Shown here piece after piece: positions 47,751-61,420 of a stretch of DNA of 64,000 nucleotides. The DNA lies in the NCBI RefSeq assembly GCF_018977255.1, contig NW_024704743.1, positions 105,028,001-105,092,000 on the forward strand, written 5' to 3'. Source of the DNA: Callorhinchus milii (lineage: Eukaryota). Each line of letters opens with the position of its first letter. Position 1 is the stretch's first letter. A program made the translations under genes and the position numbers. The notes under the pieces are model-generated. The model saw nothing but the letters and a program-made list of their open reading frames with translations, was not told the origin of the DNA and did not search any database.

Positions 47751-49509
47751 TTTTTTGCCTACAGTCCAGGCCCGAGCAAATATCTTCTAGTTCCTGGGTT
47801 TACTTTCACTCCAGGGGTCAGAGATGCGGGAAGGAATGAAGACAAATATAGGAGATTAGTTGTAATTTATCACTGTTGTCACTGGAATCCTGATGCACAT
47901 TACTTAAAACAAATACAGTGATTTGCATCAAGATCTCCTTGGCTATAAGACAAAGTTTCACTGATTTATACCTGAACCACTCCCAGTGGTGTGGAGTGAT
48001 ATATCCTGAATCTGATAACAGCTGTGTTGCACGTGAATTAGGAGGGAATCAAGAGGTGAAATTTTGAGGGTTTATAACTGTTCAGTGTGATAATTATTGC
48101 TGAGCAAGCAAACCAAAAGCATTTTCTCAAACCTGAAAAGCAGTATTTTCTCAATTTAGTTAAATAGGAAACCTCTGTCCTTGCTACCATAGTGAGGCGA
48201 AAGACAACCACTTACATTTATGTAGCGCTTTTCACGTAAAAGAAACATCTCAAACTGCTTCACAGATTGAGATTAATTAGAAATGAAATGAACGTTATTA
48301 TGAAGGCAAATGCGACAGCTAATTTGTGCTAGCAACGTCCTACAAACAACAATGAGCTGAGTACCCAATTTCATTACAATTTTTGAGTGAATTTGGATGA
48401 GGAGAGAATATAAGCCAAGATAATTGGTGAGGAAATCTCTAATTTTCTTTGAAATAGTAGCCAAATCAAGGTGGTGTGTGAGGGAGGGGGGAGGAGGGTA
48501 AGAATGGGTCTTTTCATATTTACCTGGATCACAAGACACATGAGAGCTAAACTAATGACTCAATCGAAAAAAATAGATAATGATCTGCAAATAAATAAAC
48601 AGTTCAGTTGCATTTAGTATGAAACACTGTTATATAGGCAAACACGGCAACCAATCTGCCCAGTGCATTCAGTCACCTAACTACAATATTTCCGCCAGCT
48701 CAAAGTGCGCTGTATATTTCAATTGATTTATAGCTAGCAGGAGAAATTAATTGATTTTATTGGAGGGTGGTTTTGGATTAGGGAGGAATATTGGTCAGCA
48801 TGCATTTCACTGACATTTATATTCAGAGAAAAGTAAAGAAGCTCCTGAATTGTTTCACACAATATATTTGCCAGTGCTCGCAGGAAAATGTGTATATCAC
48901 TTAAAATAAATCCTATATGAAAAATGAACTAAATTCCCTGGAGTCCCTGTTGCATTGCTGACACTTGGATAAATGCAAATCATAAGTTTATAGTGTAGTG
49001 CAGTGTTTTAACTTCACCAGTTTTGCCGCATACGTTCACTGTAAAAAAAAAACGAAGGCATTCAGAAAATAAGAATCTGGGTTTGCAATATAAAGCACTG
49101 GTTAAAAAAAAATAATTCCTTTACAACTAGAAGTGTCCATGCACTAATCCCATAATCACATGCAAGTCTTAAAATCTATAAGCACGGATTTTGATATTGC
49201 TCATGATTCAATGCTAGTGGTACACCACTACATTTATCAGACTGCTTTATCAGTGTTCAAAACTAAAGTCCCTAGAATCAAGATAAATGACTTGAAGAAG
49301 GCAGCTTTTTAGAAATATTCTATCTGACGGGGAGATGACAAGTAGAATTTCAACTTTTCACCTTTCACAAGATTACTGTGCATAGAGTACGTGTTGCCTG
49401 GCTCGCATTTCGTTCTAAGCCAGACTGAGGACAATCTGGTTAAATTGTTTCTGCTCCATTGGAATTTTTGCCCTGTTTTTACAGTTATATCCTTTCTGCT
49501 CCTGATTGC

Positions 49510-49770
49510 TCTGACTCATGCTGGGTACATCTCTTCGAGCCCTGGCAGCCCTCTTGTTTAAGTGACATGTATAAGCCTAGACAATCACTGCCAACAAGCT
49601 ATTTGACCATGCAAAGCACCACCGTTGAGCCTAAACCTGTTCTCATCTGACATCCACCAAGAACACTTTCCAGTAGGGTTCAATGGATCAGCAACAGGAA
49701 TCCTGGCTAATAATTTCCTTCCAAGGTTCAGCGAAACTGAGGGTATTATTAGCACCATTATTCCTGCTCC
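49510..49770 (-). mobile_element. Ancient SINE-like element
   Basis: aagcctagaca...gctatttgacc...cctgttctcatctgacatccac...actttccagtagggt...ggaatcctggct is the reverse complement of the 19440 family. Confidence 0.55.
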
Positions 49771-49794
49771 AGCATCCCTCACCTGAAATGTGAA

Positions 49795-50025
49795 GGGACT
49801 TTTTCCTGGTGCCCTGGCCAACAATCCCCTCATGTAAAATTGGTCATTCACTTTGTGGCTGTTTGTAGGACATTGTTGTGTGCATGTTGGCTGCTGCTGC
49901 ATTCGTCTACAAAATACTCGGAGATTGCACTTTACAGTATATCCTCTGAAGCGCTTTGGTGTGTTCTCCCAATGTAAAGATACTATATCAAATGTGAGGA
50001 TTACTATTATTATTATTATTATTAC
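49795..50025 (+). mobile_element. DeuSINE 3' half
   Basis: cctggtgccctggccaacaat...aattggtcattcac...tgaagcgctttgg...(att)n. Confidence 0.8.
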
Positions 50026-51454
50026 TGCATTTGAATACTTGACCCTTTTTACAGACCAGGCAGAATACATAACGGCTTCCTGCGTATACAAACTGATAAT
50101 TGCAATGCATTATTCACAACAAGGGCAAGAGCATGGAATTATCTAATTCATAATTAATTGTATTCTACATAGATTGCAATAGTTTAAAGGACAGAAAAAA
50201 TATTGCAGCATTCTAAATACAATATAATTTGCATTTGCCCACAAAACCCACAGTCACGCCACTTCACTGTAGAACCTGTGAAGAGCTTTGAGACACCGTC
50301 ATGTCGTGAAAGCACTACACCAAATGGAAGGATTATTATTATTATAATTCTTTAAGAGTTAAAGTCGATATGTTACTTCAGTACAGCAAGTAAAGCAGTC
50401 CTGTGTAAAATCAGTCTTAGATTTAATCAAATTACTGACAGCAAGAACACGTTTTCAATCATTCTATTAAAAGGATCAAGCAGAAAAGTGGGACAACATT
50501 AGAAGTCTTATCAGGGGAGTGTAGATATCATGGGCCAAGTGACAAGTTTCTGTACTATAACATTCTGTGAATCTATGAATCTAAGCTACTTTTTCTTATT
50601 TGCTATAGAAAACAAATGTCATTGTGTATTGGCAAAGTGAACAAACCTAATCAACATGAGTGAATGCCTTTTTCCATTCACACCCATAACAATATTTTAT
50701 TCTCACATGACTCAATCAAAAAAAGGATAATGATCTGGAAATAAATAGTAAAGTTGCATGTTATATAGGCAAACGCTTCTAACTAGTTAATATGTATGTA
50801 CCTGTCAACATGGACCATTCTCATTGTGTTTGTAAATGAATGGCATCAATATTAGCTACAGGCTACAAAACTCTTTACACCAGCAAAAAAGCCTAATTTG
50901 TCATTTGGCTCAGATTTTATGCACCTCTGAACTATACACCCAATTTTCAATGCATGTGCGTCATGCAATCATGGATTACTACGTTAATCACGCCATATGT
51001 AACACATTTAAGTGCTTTGAGACATCCTCCCGACGTGAAAGGCACTGTATAAATGCAAATTGTATTGTACTGTATTTAGGCTCATTTGTAATATAAAGAT
51101 ATAAACAAGAGGTGAATTTGTATGTCCATATTATACAAGGCCAAAGACAACTGGTCAGAAGAGGTTAGTTTTAAATAGTTTCAAATTCCAAATGTGCATA
51201 TTATTGCTTTTGTCTAATATGATGAAACTGGCCTGTGAAATCAATCATTCTTGTCACTTACAGTTAAATCTTTACAGTTAAATCTTTAAAGAATGAGGGA
51301 GAAATTCCAGCCAAACATTGGTAAAGTTATTAATAGAATTTGTAGAGTAAAACACTGCATCGTTGTTAGTGGGCCATTACTATAGGTAAATTGATTGCCA
51401 CTATCATCTAAAAAATACTGTCACTGCAGTTACAAATATTTACAACCAATGTAC

Positions 51455-51680
51455 AGCATGGAAACAGACCAATGGTTTATACTCCACATGAGTCTGCACC
51501 TATTCCCTCCTCTCTCCCATAATTTTCTTTTCCCCTCTCCCTCATGTGAAGGTCCAGTTTCCCTCTTGAATTCATCTATTCTATCTGATTTAATGATAGG
51601 TTCAGGCAGCGAGTTCTACAAACCCACTACCGTCTATGTAAAGTAGTTCCTCCTAAATTCTCTTTTTGATCCACTAGTCC
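51455..51680 (-). mobile_element. CR1 3' fragment
   Basis: acagcatggaaacagacca...ttcaggcagcgagttctacaaacccactaccgtctatgtaaagtagttcctccta. Confidence 0.65.
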
Positions 51681-52754
51681 AGTGTTGTCAAACTCAGATT
51701 TGTAATGTTTGGCTCAGGAACAATAATGTGAGCCACACCAGTTAAACAAGTAATATGAGTGAGTATCCAATTACGTACAATCTGAATCAAAGACAATAGC
51801 AAAAGCTTAGTCATAGTGGAATCACAACAACAAAGACAATGCATATATGTGAAAACATATTTGGAAACACGGGGTGTTTTCGCATTTCTGCAATCAAATC
51901 CAACTTGCACCAATTGAGCAATAATTTCTTAATTTTCAAATGTAACTTTGCCATCAAGCCAATGATGCTTGTACGGTTGCACATGCAAGTTGCTAGTATT
52001 TAACTGATATGCATTTATTTACATATGAAGAGAGTAAAGAAATCATGAGGTGCAGGTCATATTCATTTAAGTACATGGAAAACAGAATATGAGAATTGCA
52101 TGTTTAATATGCAAATCTACACCAATATATTGTCACTCAAAAAACATACATCAATCAAGTATACTCGATTTATTCAGTTATTTAGACAAGCATTATCTTA
52201 GATTTCTATTTCAACTGAATGTGCAAAAAGCCTGACTAGATAAAAGTTTAACCGCATACATATAACTCGGTTAAATAGACATGCATATGTCTCTGTAAGT
52301 AAATTGTCAGAGGGAATTAGCTGCTGAAGCTGAGATGGCTGCGAGCCACACTGAGACCTTTTCTGAGCTACATGTGGCTTGTGACTGTATGGTTCGACAA
52401 GATTGCCTTAGTCGCTATCTTATATTTATGACCCATGGTTGTGGACTCCCCAACCAATGGGAATAACAACAACAACAAATTACATTTAGTATAGCGCTTT
52501 TTGCGTCAGGAGAACATCTCAAGGTAAAACAGCCTATTTATGTTAACCTCATCAAACCGTTTTATAATTTTCAATGCTTCTATTCGATCTCCCTCTTAAA
52601 CGTCTCTTCTCTAGTGAAAATGGCCTAACCTATCCACTCTATCCTGATAGCAGTAATCTACTAAGCGTGGTATCATTCTCATAAATCTATGCTGTACTCT
52701 TTCCATCGCTGCTATATTTACCAATATATTATCTCATCTAAACATCTCTTTGAG

Positions 52755-52872
52755 ATGCTTAGATGACATCATATATTATTGTTAATAATATATTGACATA
52801 ATAATATAATATAATGCTTAGATGACATAATATATTAATGTTAATAATATATTAACATAATCATATAATATA
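52755..52872. repeat. AT-rich 59-bp tandem duplication
   Basis: atgcttagatgacat...aatataatata units start at 52755 and 52814. Confidence 0.8.
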
Positions 52873-52874
52873 AT

Positions 52875-53178
52875 TCAGTGCTTAGAACACTTGCTTTGCA
52901 AGCGAGAGATCTGGATTGGATTACTGGCAGGGCGAAATTTTGGGCAAGTTTCCTTAATCTTCACGCCTGATAATAATCCCTCAAGAAAAAAAACAATAAT
53001 AAATTGGTCACTTCAATCCACAACTGTTTGTGGGACACTGCTGTGGCAATTGGCTGCCGAGTTTTGCCCACAAATATACAGTCAATTCACTTTACAATAT
53101 ATTTTCTATGAAGATCTTTGAGATGTCTAGAAGACATGAAAAGTGCTATATCAAATGCAAGGATTATTATTATTATTA
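52875..53178 (+). mobile_element. Near full-length young SINE
   Basis: tcagtgcttagaacacttgctttgcaagcgagagatctg head, core and (att)n tail. Confidence 0.85.
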
Positions 53179-53334
53179 ATTATGATATATATTAAATATC
53201 TTATTACATATATATTATACATCATATATTATATTATCTAATAATACATAATATATATCTTGTTATTGCATCTTATTATGACCTAATAAGATGCATTAAC
53301 AAGTGCAAGGATTATTATTATTAAACAGTAATAG

Positions 53335-53730
53335 AGGTCTTCAAAGACTTATCAGAGGTCTTTAAAATGATGAAAGGTTTTGATACGGTAGACATAGAGA
53401 AGATGTTTTCACTTGTGGGGGACACCAAAACCTGGGGCCATAAATATAAAATAGTCACCAATAAATTAAACAGGGAAGTCAGAAGAAACTTGTTTATCCA
53501 GAGAGTGGTGTGAATGTGGAACTTGCTACCACAAGGAGTAGTTGAGGCGAATAGCATAGATGCATTTAAAGGGGAAACTAGATAAATACATGAGGGAGAA
53601 AAATAGAAGGTTATACTGATAGGCTTAGTTGAGGAAGGGCAGGAGGAGGCTCATGTGGAGCATAAACACCGGCATGGACCAGTTGGGCCGAATGGCCTGT
53701 TTCTGTGCTGTATATTCTTTGTAATTCTAT
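53335..53730 (+). mobile_element. CR1 LINE 3' end
   Basis: gaggtctttaaaatgatgaaaggttttgat (EVFKMMKGFD)...tgtggaacttgctacc...gggccgaatggcctgtttctgtgctgtat. A second short CR1-type tail lies at 53895-53965. Confidence 0.9.
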
Positions 53731-56700
53731 TTAAGTACAATTGATAAAATAGAGAAATAGGGAAAGGGAATACATGGGAAACCAAAGTTGAAGGAATGAT
53801 CCCTGTCTTAGATAAGCCTTCTCTTGTATCTGTTGAGGAGTCTAAGAGTAAAAAGACCTGAACTATTTTTTTATTTGGATTTGGATAGCACTTTTTAAAG
53901 AGCTGGCACAGACACGATGGGCCGAATGGCCTCCTTCTGTGCTGTATATTTCTATGATCCTATGATTAGAGATGCTAGAATTGATATTCTGGAAGGTAAG
54001 GAGAGTACTTGTCTCATGGAATTGAAGTACTTAGTAAAATTAAATCAGTGCCTTATGAGGCAGTACTGAAGCACTGCAATTCGCACGCCATGAGCAAGTA
54101 TGGCTGCCAGACTCATGATCACTAGAGTCAGAGGTGATGACTCTGGTTCTCACCATCATTCAGACACCAGAAGTCAATGACTATAGATTCCTTTCACTGC
54201 ATTTTACATTCATTTAGTTATTATCATCCAGAAGCAGATTTCAAGTGATCACAAAGAAGGGCATTTTATCAGAAATGTGGATAGTCATTACACATGCACA
54301 GGTTGACTTAAGCAAAACTATAATAGTAATATTCTTTTATCAAAACTCAATCCTAACTACAGGGTATTCTAGTCTTTACAAAAAAGATTCAGTTCCTTGG
54401 GTAATCATGTATCTCGATGTAGCAAGCGTTTGGTATTTCACAACATGTTTTTTACTCTACTGCTGCTGGATTATTACAAGGTCACAGATGATAAATCTTG
54501 CAGTACTTTTAAGGTCAATTACATATACATGTACCTGTGGTTGATATTCTACTGAAGCAAATTTATTCAAGAAAAATGAGGTGCTAAATATATCTTTAAT
54601 ATCCTAACCACCTGCACTTTACATGATTGTAATCATGATCAACTGGGGAAAAAACTGAACTTAGCAGCAGGAATATGTTTTTTAAGCTATAAATCCAATA
54701 AAATGCTATGTAATATAAATCTTATTACTGAACCTTTCAGTGCTGATTGGTGAAAGATCTCTGGAACAAACCAAATCAACAACTGACAATATACAGCCAG
54801 TCCTGAGATAAGGCACTTTTAACTAGCGGAAAAGCCACTCACTGAACTATTAATTATTTTTTAGTTTAACACCTGGTTGAGAATCACTAGTTTACAGAGA
54901 GCTACAAGATCCACAGCTGTAAGGCAGCCACATGGACACTGCAAAGAAATGACAGTGAGGACAGTGTGCAAGAGATAGCAATTGAAGAAACCCATTGAAG
55001 CACTGATCTCAACTTGAGCTGCTTTCTTCCCACCACTCAGGTCCATTAATCACGGTTATGCAGTTCACATTTTAAAGACATTTTACTGCCAGTTATTCCA
55101 AGAACTACAGAAAAACATTTTCAAAATTAAACCTGAGTTCAACACTTCTGCACACTTTTATACACTAAGAAAATAAGAGTCAAGGTAAATGCAGGTGGAA
55201 TTTTTCCCTCCAGTGTCTGAATTCAGAGCTGTAATTTTCTGGTTAAATGATTAACATTAACCTTCCGTATTAATTTATTATATATGTTTCTGATGCAAAT
55301 TAGCTTAGAAAATACTTTCCTATATTTTTGACTATTACCGGGTCAGAGGTTATAATGTATCTGGTTTCAGAGATGACAAGTATCACCTGCTGAAAACAAA
55401 TAACCTTTAAACCCAATTCATGAAAAGTGACTGAAAAACTTCAATAGCCAGTAAACAATAGCTGTCATCTGAAGTTAGGGAAAACACCTGCCACTACTGT
55501 CATTGTGCACCTTTCCGTCTTTGGGCCTCAATGACAACATTAACCCTTTAAGGACAAACTCTGTTTTTTCCTGTCCTGGCCAAAAATTGGTCATTCACTT
55601 CATGGCTATTTGTGGGACATTACTTTGTGTAAATTACCTGTCGCATTTGCTTACAAAATACACATCACTAAGACCACTGTCCACTTCACAGGTCTTACAG
55701 TGAGATTGAGATGTTTTGATGGCATGATAAGGTAGCACATCAAATGTAAAGATTATTATTATAATATTTAATTGAACATGTTCAATTTGATTTGAATTCT
55801 GTCCATGCATAAATACCGAGGTTGCACTGACTGATTCGGCTGAATCTAAAGCATGTATTTTGATGGAAAAAATTATCTGGTTCAGCTAGTTAATACAGCC
55901 TATCCTGTTACTGACTAGTGTAAATGTAACCGTAAACCATTTTATGCCTGATCAGAAGATTTACCGTTTCCATACAAAAAAACACAAATAAAATCATAAA
56001 TTATTTTGCTACATCCCAAGTTCAGAAAGGCTGAGAGAGGAAGCATTTTTCCATCAGCATAAATGTAGCATAGTAATATAGTCAATTCTACTTAAGTGAC
56101 TTTTTTCTCTTAAGTGATTAGAAATGTAAAATCCCAAACCATTTTCTACTTACATCCATAGTATTCATTCATATGGCACAGATGCAATTTTGCTGGATAA
56201 GATAATTTACCTTGACACCACTCAAAACTGTTATTCAGCATTCTCGCATTGCGCTAGTTGTTCAGGTGTGGGAAGTGGGACTAATTTCTGCCCCACTCAA
56301 GTCTCCAGAAATGCCTCAGTCAATACTCCACAACAAGCAGATTTATTAAATTGCCTGAGTGATTGTCTGAATTTCTAGATTGGTGACTCATTGGCTCCAT
56401 AAATGTAACCAGCTTTTTAAAACTCGCCTTTTGGAAATTGATTGAACCATTGCATTTTACTTGTGGGTTAGCAATGCAGACACAGTAGGCATGTGTTTGT
56501 TTTCTTGCGATAATCGCTAGGAAGGGGATGGGGGGAATAATGACCTTTTGGGTTCAAAGAGATAGATCTTTAAGGTGGGTTTAAATAGTAGGAAGGGAGG
56601 ATTCGCAATGGAGTTCCAGAGAGCTGGGCCAGAATTAGGCTAGGGTTGAAAGCTCACCTAACAACAACAACAACAAGATTCCATTTATAGAGCGCCTTTC

Positions 56701-57147
56701 ACGTCGGGAGGACGTCCCAAGGTGCTGGTATGGGGCACATACAAGAAATGTACCCTCAGCAGCAAGAATAAGGGGGACTGATCTAGTCAATATATAGTAC
56801 AAGGTCACAAGATTGGTTCAGATGTCCTATGGCCCATACAATCTCATCCTTCCAGAACACCTATCCTACCGTCTCCCGATCATAGTTTCAAGCTGCTTTT
56901 TAAATTAATCCAGTGTCCTGACCTCAACCACCCTTCCTGGCAACATATTCCATGAGTTTGTTTTACATTGTCTACAGCATAAGCTTGATACACCAAATAG
57001 CCTTATCTTGCTTTTTCGCTTGAATTCACACACAGAATAACAGGAAACGTTCTCCTATATCTGACACAGCATTCAGAATACATAAAAGGATTGGTTATTC
57101 ATCACATAATTAATTATATAATTACATGCCCACAATTGCCTCATATT

Positions 57148-57460
57148 GGAGTCCTGTAGCTCAGTGTTTAGAGCACTCGCTTTGCAAGTGAGAGACCTGA
57201 ATTCAATTCCAAGCAGGGCGAAACCTTGGGCAAGTTTCCTTACTCCACACGCCTAATAATAATCCCTCCAAAACCAAAAACAATAATAAATTGGTCATTT
57301 TCAATCTACAACTGTTTGTGGGACATTGCTGTGCGCAATTGGCTGCCGCGTTCGCCATACAGTCAATTCACTTTACAGTGTGTTCTGGTAAGCGCTTTGG
57401 GACGTCCTCCTGACGTGAAAAGCGCTATATCAAATGCAAGGATTATTATTATTATTATTA
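57148..57460 (+). mobile_element. Full-length young tRNA-Ala-derived SINE
   Basis: ggagtcctgtagctcagtgtttagagcactcgctttgcaagtgagag...(att)n. Confidence 0.92.
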
Positions 57461-58044
57461 TATACATGCATTTACAAATGGTTTACACATTGTGTATAAC
57501 ACTGCTATAAGTAACACGTGGTTTACAGATGGTGCACAGTAAAACCCAATACAACACTTTCCATTTGTTAGTGACTGGGATTTTATATGCCTAAATGCAT
57601 CTTGGCATTTAACAAACTGTTTCATGAGATGTTTCAGCAAAATGTTGGAAACCTTTAGTTTCTGCTGTATATCTTCACTCATAAATATTTTCTGCTCCTT
57701 GCCATCTATGAGTGATGAGTGAAAAACAATTCACTTGTATAAGTCAAATGGCTCACTTCCACCAGTGAAGCCTGCTGAATTCAATTACAACTGAGGTGTC
57801 TTATTTTACACCAATAGCAACATAAGCCTTCCAGTGGATGGTAACAACAGTGAGAATGAAACATATTTATTTCACTCAATACATATTAATCCACCTGTTT
57901 AGCCTCTGTATCTACATCTTCCCTATCATTTGATTTATAACTATATTCAACATAGTTTCCACTATTTTTTTTCTCCAGTGACAGAACCAAAGACATGTGA
58001 GGCAACATGACCAGATTAAACCTGTCAGCTCATCAGCCACAAAA

Positions 58045-58151
58045 CTGCAGTCAATTCACTTCACAGTACATTCTGTGAAGCGCTTTGAGACATCTAGAAG
58101 ACGTGATAAGGCGCTATATCAAATGCAAGGATTATAATTATTATTATTATT
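58045..58151 (+). mobile_element. Young SINE 3' tail
   Basis: cagtcaattcacttcacag...gtgaagcgctttgagacatctagaagacgtg...caaatgcaagg. Confidence 0.85.
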
Positions 58152-58884
58152 CTTGGGCGGTTGGATGCTTGTCCAACGTTTCCTCGTCTGATGTGCAAAA
58201 ATAGGTGAAAGCTTATCTCCTCTGCAACATACGACACAAAGAGTTAAATAGTATCAGTGATAATTATGACATTGCACAACACAATTTCTACCCTTTTGAT
58301 ATATTATTTTCCTCCAGGATACTATTTGTTCAGGGTCCAACTACAAAATCAACAAGTGCTTATTGAATGCTCTGATATTCAGTACCAGAGTCACTGTACA
58401 AATTTTGTTTCTTTGCTATGTGGTACAACCACTCATCTATCTTTATGTTGCTTACGGAGGGCTGGTATGCCTGACTTTCATCATAGTCCTCAATGAGGAG
58501 TTAGTAACCAGCAGGTGGTATATATCGTGGGATAAGAAAGGAAATGTCAGTGCAGGATTGAACATTCTTCTCTCACACGCCAAAGATGAGAACTGCTAAA
58601 ATTCATCACAGACATAAGTGTCAGAGACATGCAACTATATTATCTTTTAACACTTGTAACAACAGTGACATGGTTGGAGGAGGACTGAAGGGCGATTAAA
58701 CTCTGATAGCTTTTGAATTTATGGGCTTAAGTAAAACTAATCTTTGCTACCAGAAAAATTATTTAGAAATGAAAAAAAATCTAAAAGCTTTAAAGTACTG
58801 AACATTGCTGGAATATTGTGCACAGCTTAGTGGGCATCATTGTGAAATAGAGTTCATCTGCAATCACCGTGTGTTGTTTCAGAT

Positions 58885-59255
58885 GTAATAATAATAATAA
58901 TCCTTGCATTTGATATGGCGTCTTACACGTTGGGAGGATGATTCAAAATGATTCATAGGTTTTATTACAACGCATAGTGACTCTGTATTTGTAGGTGAAC
59001 GCAACAGCCAATTTGTGCAGAACAGTGTCCCACAAACAGCCATGACCAATTCCTATCTGAAGGGTTGTTGGCCAAGGCACCGGAAAAAACACTATCTTCC
59101 ATTTCAAATAGGGCCATGGGGTTTTTAACGTCCACCTGACAGCATCTCCAACAAGCCAAGGTAGACTATGTGAGTTCCAAGTCCCAGCGCAGGGGTTTGA
59201 AATCACAAACTTCTCACTCAGAGGCGAGAGTGCTACCAACTGAGCCAGGCTGCCA
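58885..59255 (-). mobile_element. Old long DeuSINE
   Basis: (taa)n tail, acagccaatttgtgcag core, actcagaggcgagagtgctaccaactgagcca head. Confidence 0.82.
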
Positions 59256-60340
59256 CCTAAATATGCTGGTGGAGGAGCTGCTGATAGTAAATGTGAGGAG
59301 CTAACTCCTAGCACTGGATATTGAATACAGCATTCAATAAGTACTTGTTCAATATCTAAAATGACATAGCTTTTTTATTCCAGTGGATCAAGTGGAGTCT
59401 TGTTAACTTTCAGAAAATTGTAAGCAATTGGATCTAAAATGCAAGTTGAGCTATTAGCCATACGCTAACCATATTCAAATGCATATAAATGCTCCAAACT
59501 ATGTCATTAAGCAATGAACAGGTTAACAGGTTATTCCTTTTTTGGTGTTTAATTACACACCTAAGGACACAAGTTGGTTAGTTCACAAAGTTGGAAGGAG
59601 CAAGACCCCGGAGGGCTTTAAAAGTGAGGACAAGGATCTTAAACTCGAATAACTGAGATAGTTGTGTCAGGTTAAAAATCTTACGGGAGATCTCAGTGCG
59701 ATTTTTCTCGAGCAGCACGCTGAAATATTTTACAAGTGTAACTGAAATTAGTTTCACTAAAACCACAACGTTGCACAATATCATTTTCGAAAGGTTGCCC
59801 TTTCTACAGAAACGGAGCGTTTTAAGGTTGGCGGAAAAAAAGCCTAAAAGAAGGGCTCAATGAACAGTCATTCCACTAATTCCTCCAATTTTGCTTCCAC
59901 CTGCTGTTCACAAGCTGTGACAGTGAAAGGCTGTTGCATATGCTTCTGTCAATAGTTACTATGGTTACTGGACCCCTATTTACTCCAAAGTCATTGGAGA
60001 TGAGCCAAAGTTCAAAGTTCGGTGTCCTAGCCTCTTTTTGCTACACTTGCTCTTCACTTCCTAAAGTATTTTGACATTTCTCTCTTCATACTGCTAACCC
60101 AAACACAACACGTGGAAAATAAAAAAATCCTAACCCATGTATGTAGAATTGGCTGCCTTAAACATAACAGACTCTCTTCAAGAAATTTCATTTGTGCTTT
60201 ATATGTGGTCTGATTTTTGAAGAGTCCGACCAAAATTAACGCATGACTCGATGGATTCTAAGCGCCAATAAATGTCAAAATTGGAACCCAAATTTGACTG
60301 AATTTCCTTCTGAACAGACTCAGCATACATTACATACAAG

Positions 60341-60861
60341 ACAACAACAACAACAAAATTACATTTGTATAGCGCCTTTCACGTCGGGAGGAGGTCCCAA
60401 GGCGCTGGACAGAGTACAGCATTTCAGCTGGGGTCGGGGGGGGGAAGGGAGGGGAAGGGGGGTGGCTGATGGCATGGTCGAAGAGGAGGGTCTTCAGGCG
60501 GGACTTGCAGGAGGCTAAGGAGTGGGCGAGGTGGAGTGACTGGGGAATGGAATTCCAAAGGTTGGGGCAGAGTGGCTGAGGACTCTCCCACCAATGGTGT
60601 GGTGGGTGGATCTGGGGACGTGGAGAGGCCAGAGCCGGATGAGGGGAGGGAATGGACAGGTTGGTAGGGGGTTAGGAGGTCGCAGAGGTAGGGTGGGGCG
60701 AGGCCATGGAGGGCTTTGTATGTGAGGACCAGGATCTTGAACTGGATCCTCTGAAGGATAGGGAGCCAATGGAGTCGGACGAAAGTGGGGGAGAGTGAGG
60801 GAGATGGAGTCACGGAGTTTGGTGCGGGAGAGGACACGGACTGCAGAGTTCTGGATTATCT
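60341..60861 (-). mobile_element. L2 LINE 3' fragment, relatively young
   Basis: Track ORF 60424..60837 has LHWLPILQRIQFKILVLTYKALHGLAPPYLCDLL (L2 RT C-terminus); (caa)n tail. Confidence 0.92.
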
Positions 60862-60944
60862 AGACATACTCTGAGTTCACAGTGTATGTTTCTGTATTTG
60901 ACACAGTAAATGCTCCCAAGTCTTTTCTTCAAAAGGCTACACAA

Positions 60945-61420
60945 AAACATAGAAATCTACATAGCAGAAGGAGGCCATTCGGTCCACCAAGTCTGCACTA
61001 GCTCACAGAGTAAAGAGATCAATTGAATTCCACCACCCCACCTTATCCCCAAACCCCTTCAAGACCCCCTCATATGCTAGAACTCAGATGTTAAAGTAAA
61101 ACCTCTGGGCTGGCACAATGTTTAGCTACGTTTCACTGCAGGAAAAAAAACTGAGAAGAGATATGATTCAGACCTTTGAATTGTTAAGAGGCACAGATGA
61201 TGTTAATGAAGGCAGACAATTTGGCTCAAACATTGAGATTAAAACTAGAGGAAATAGGTTTGAAAAGAACAAGACTCAATAGCAGAAGAAATGTTATTTT
61301 GCATAGGACAGTGGATATGTAGAACATATGACTAACAAAACAATGTTTTGCCAACTAACTCACTGATAAAAAGAATGGCATCCACTTGAGAACAGTATGG
61401 GAGGATATGGATTGGGAGCA
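60945..61420. mobile_element. CR1 fragments (minus-strand 3' end about 60945-61060; plus-strand RT end about 61150-61420)
   Basis: catagaaatctac..gcagaaggaggccattcggtcca; ctgagaagagatatgattcagacctttgaattgttaagagg. Confidence 0.6.

Noticed and set aside
49585-50146. Longest track ORF (168 aa) and other ORFs with poly-Ile runs
   Set aside because: They read through SINE bodies and (att)n tails.
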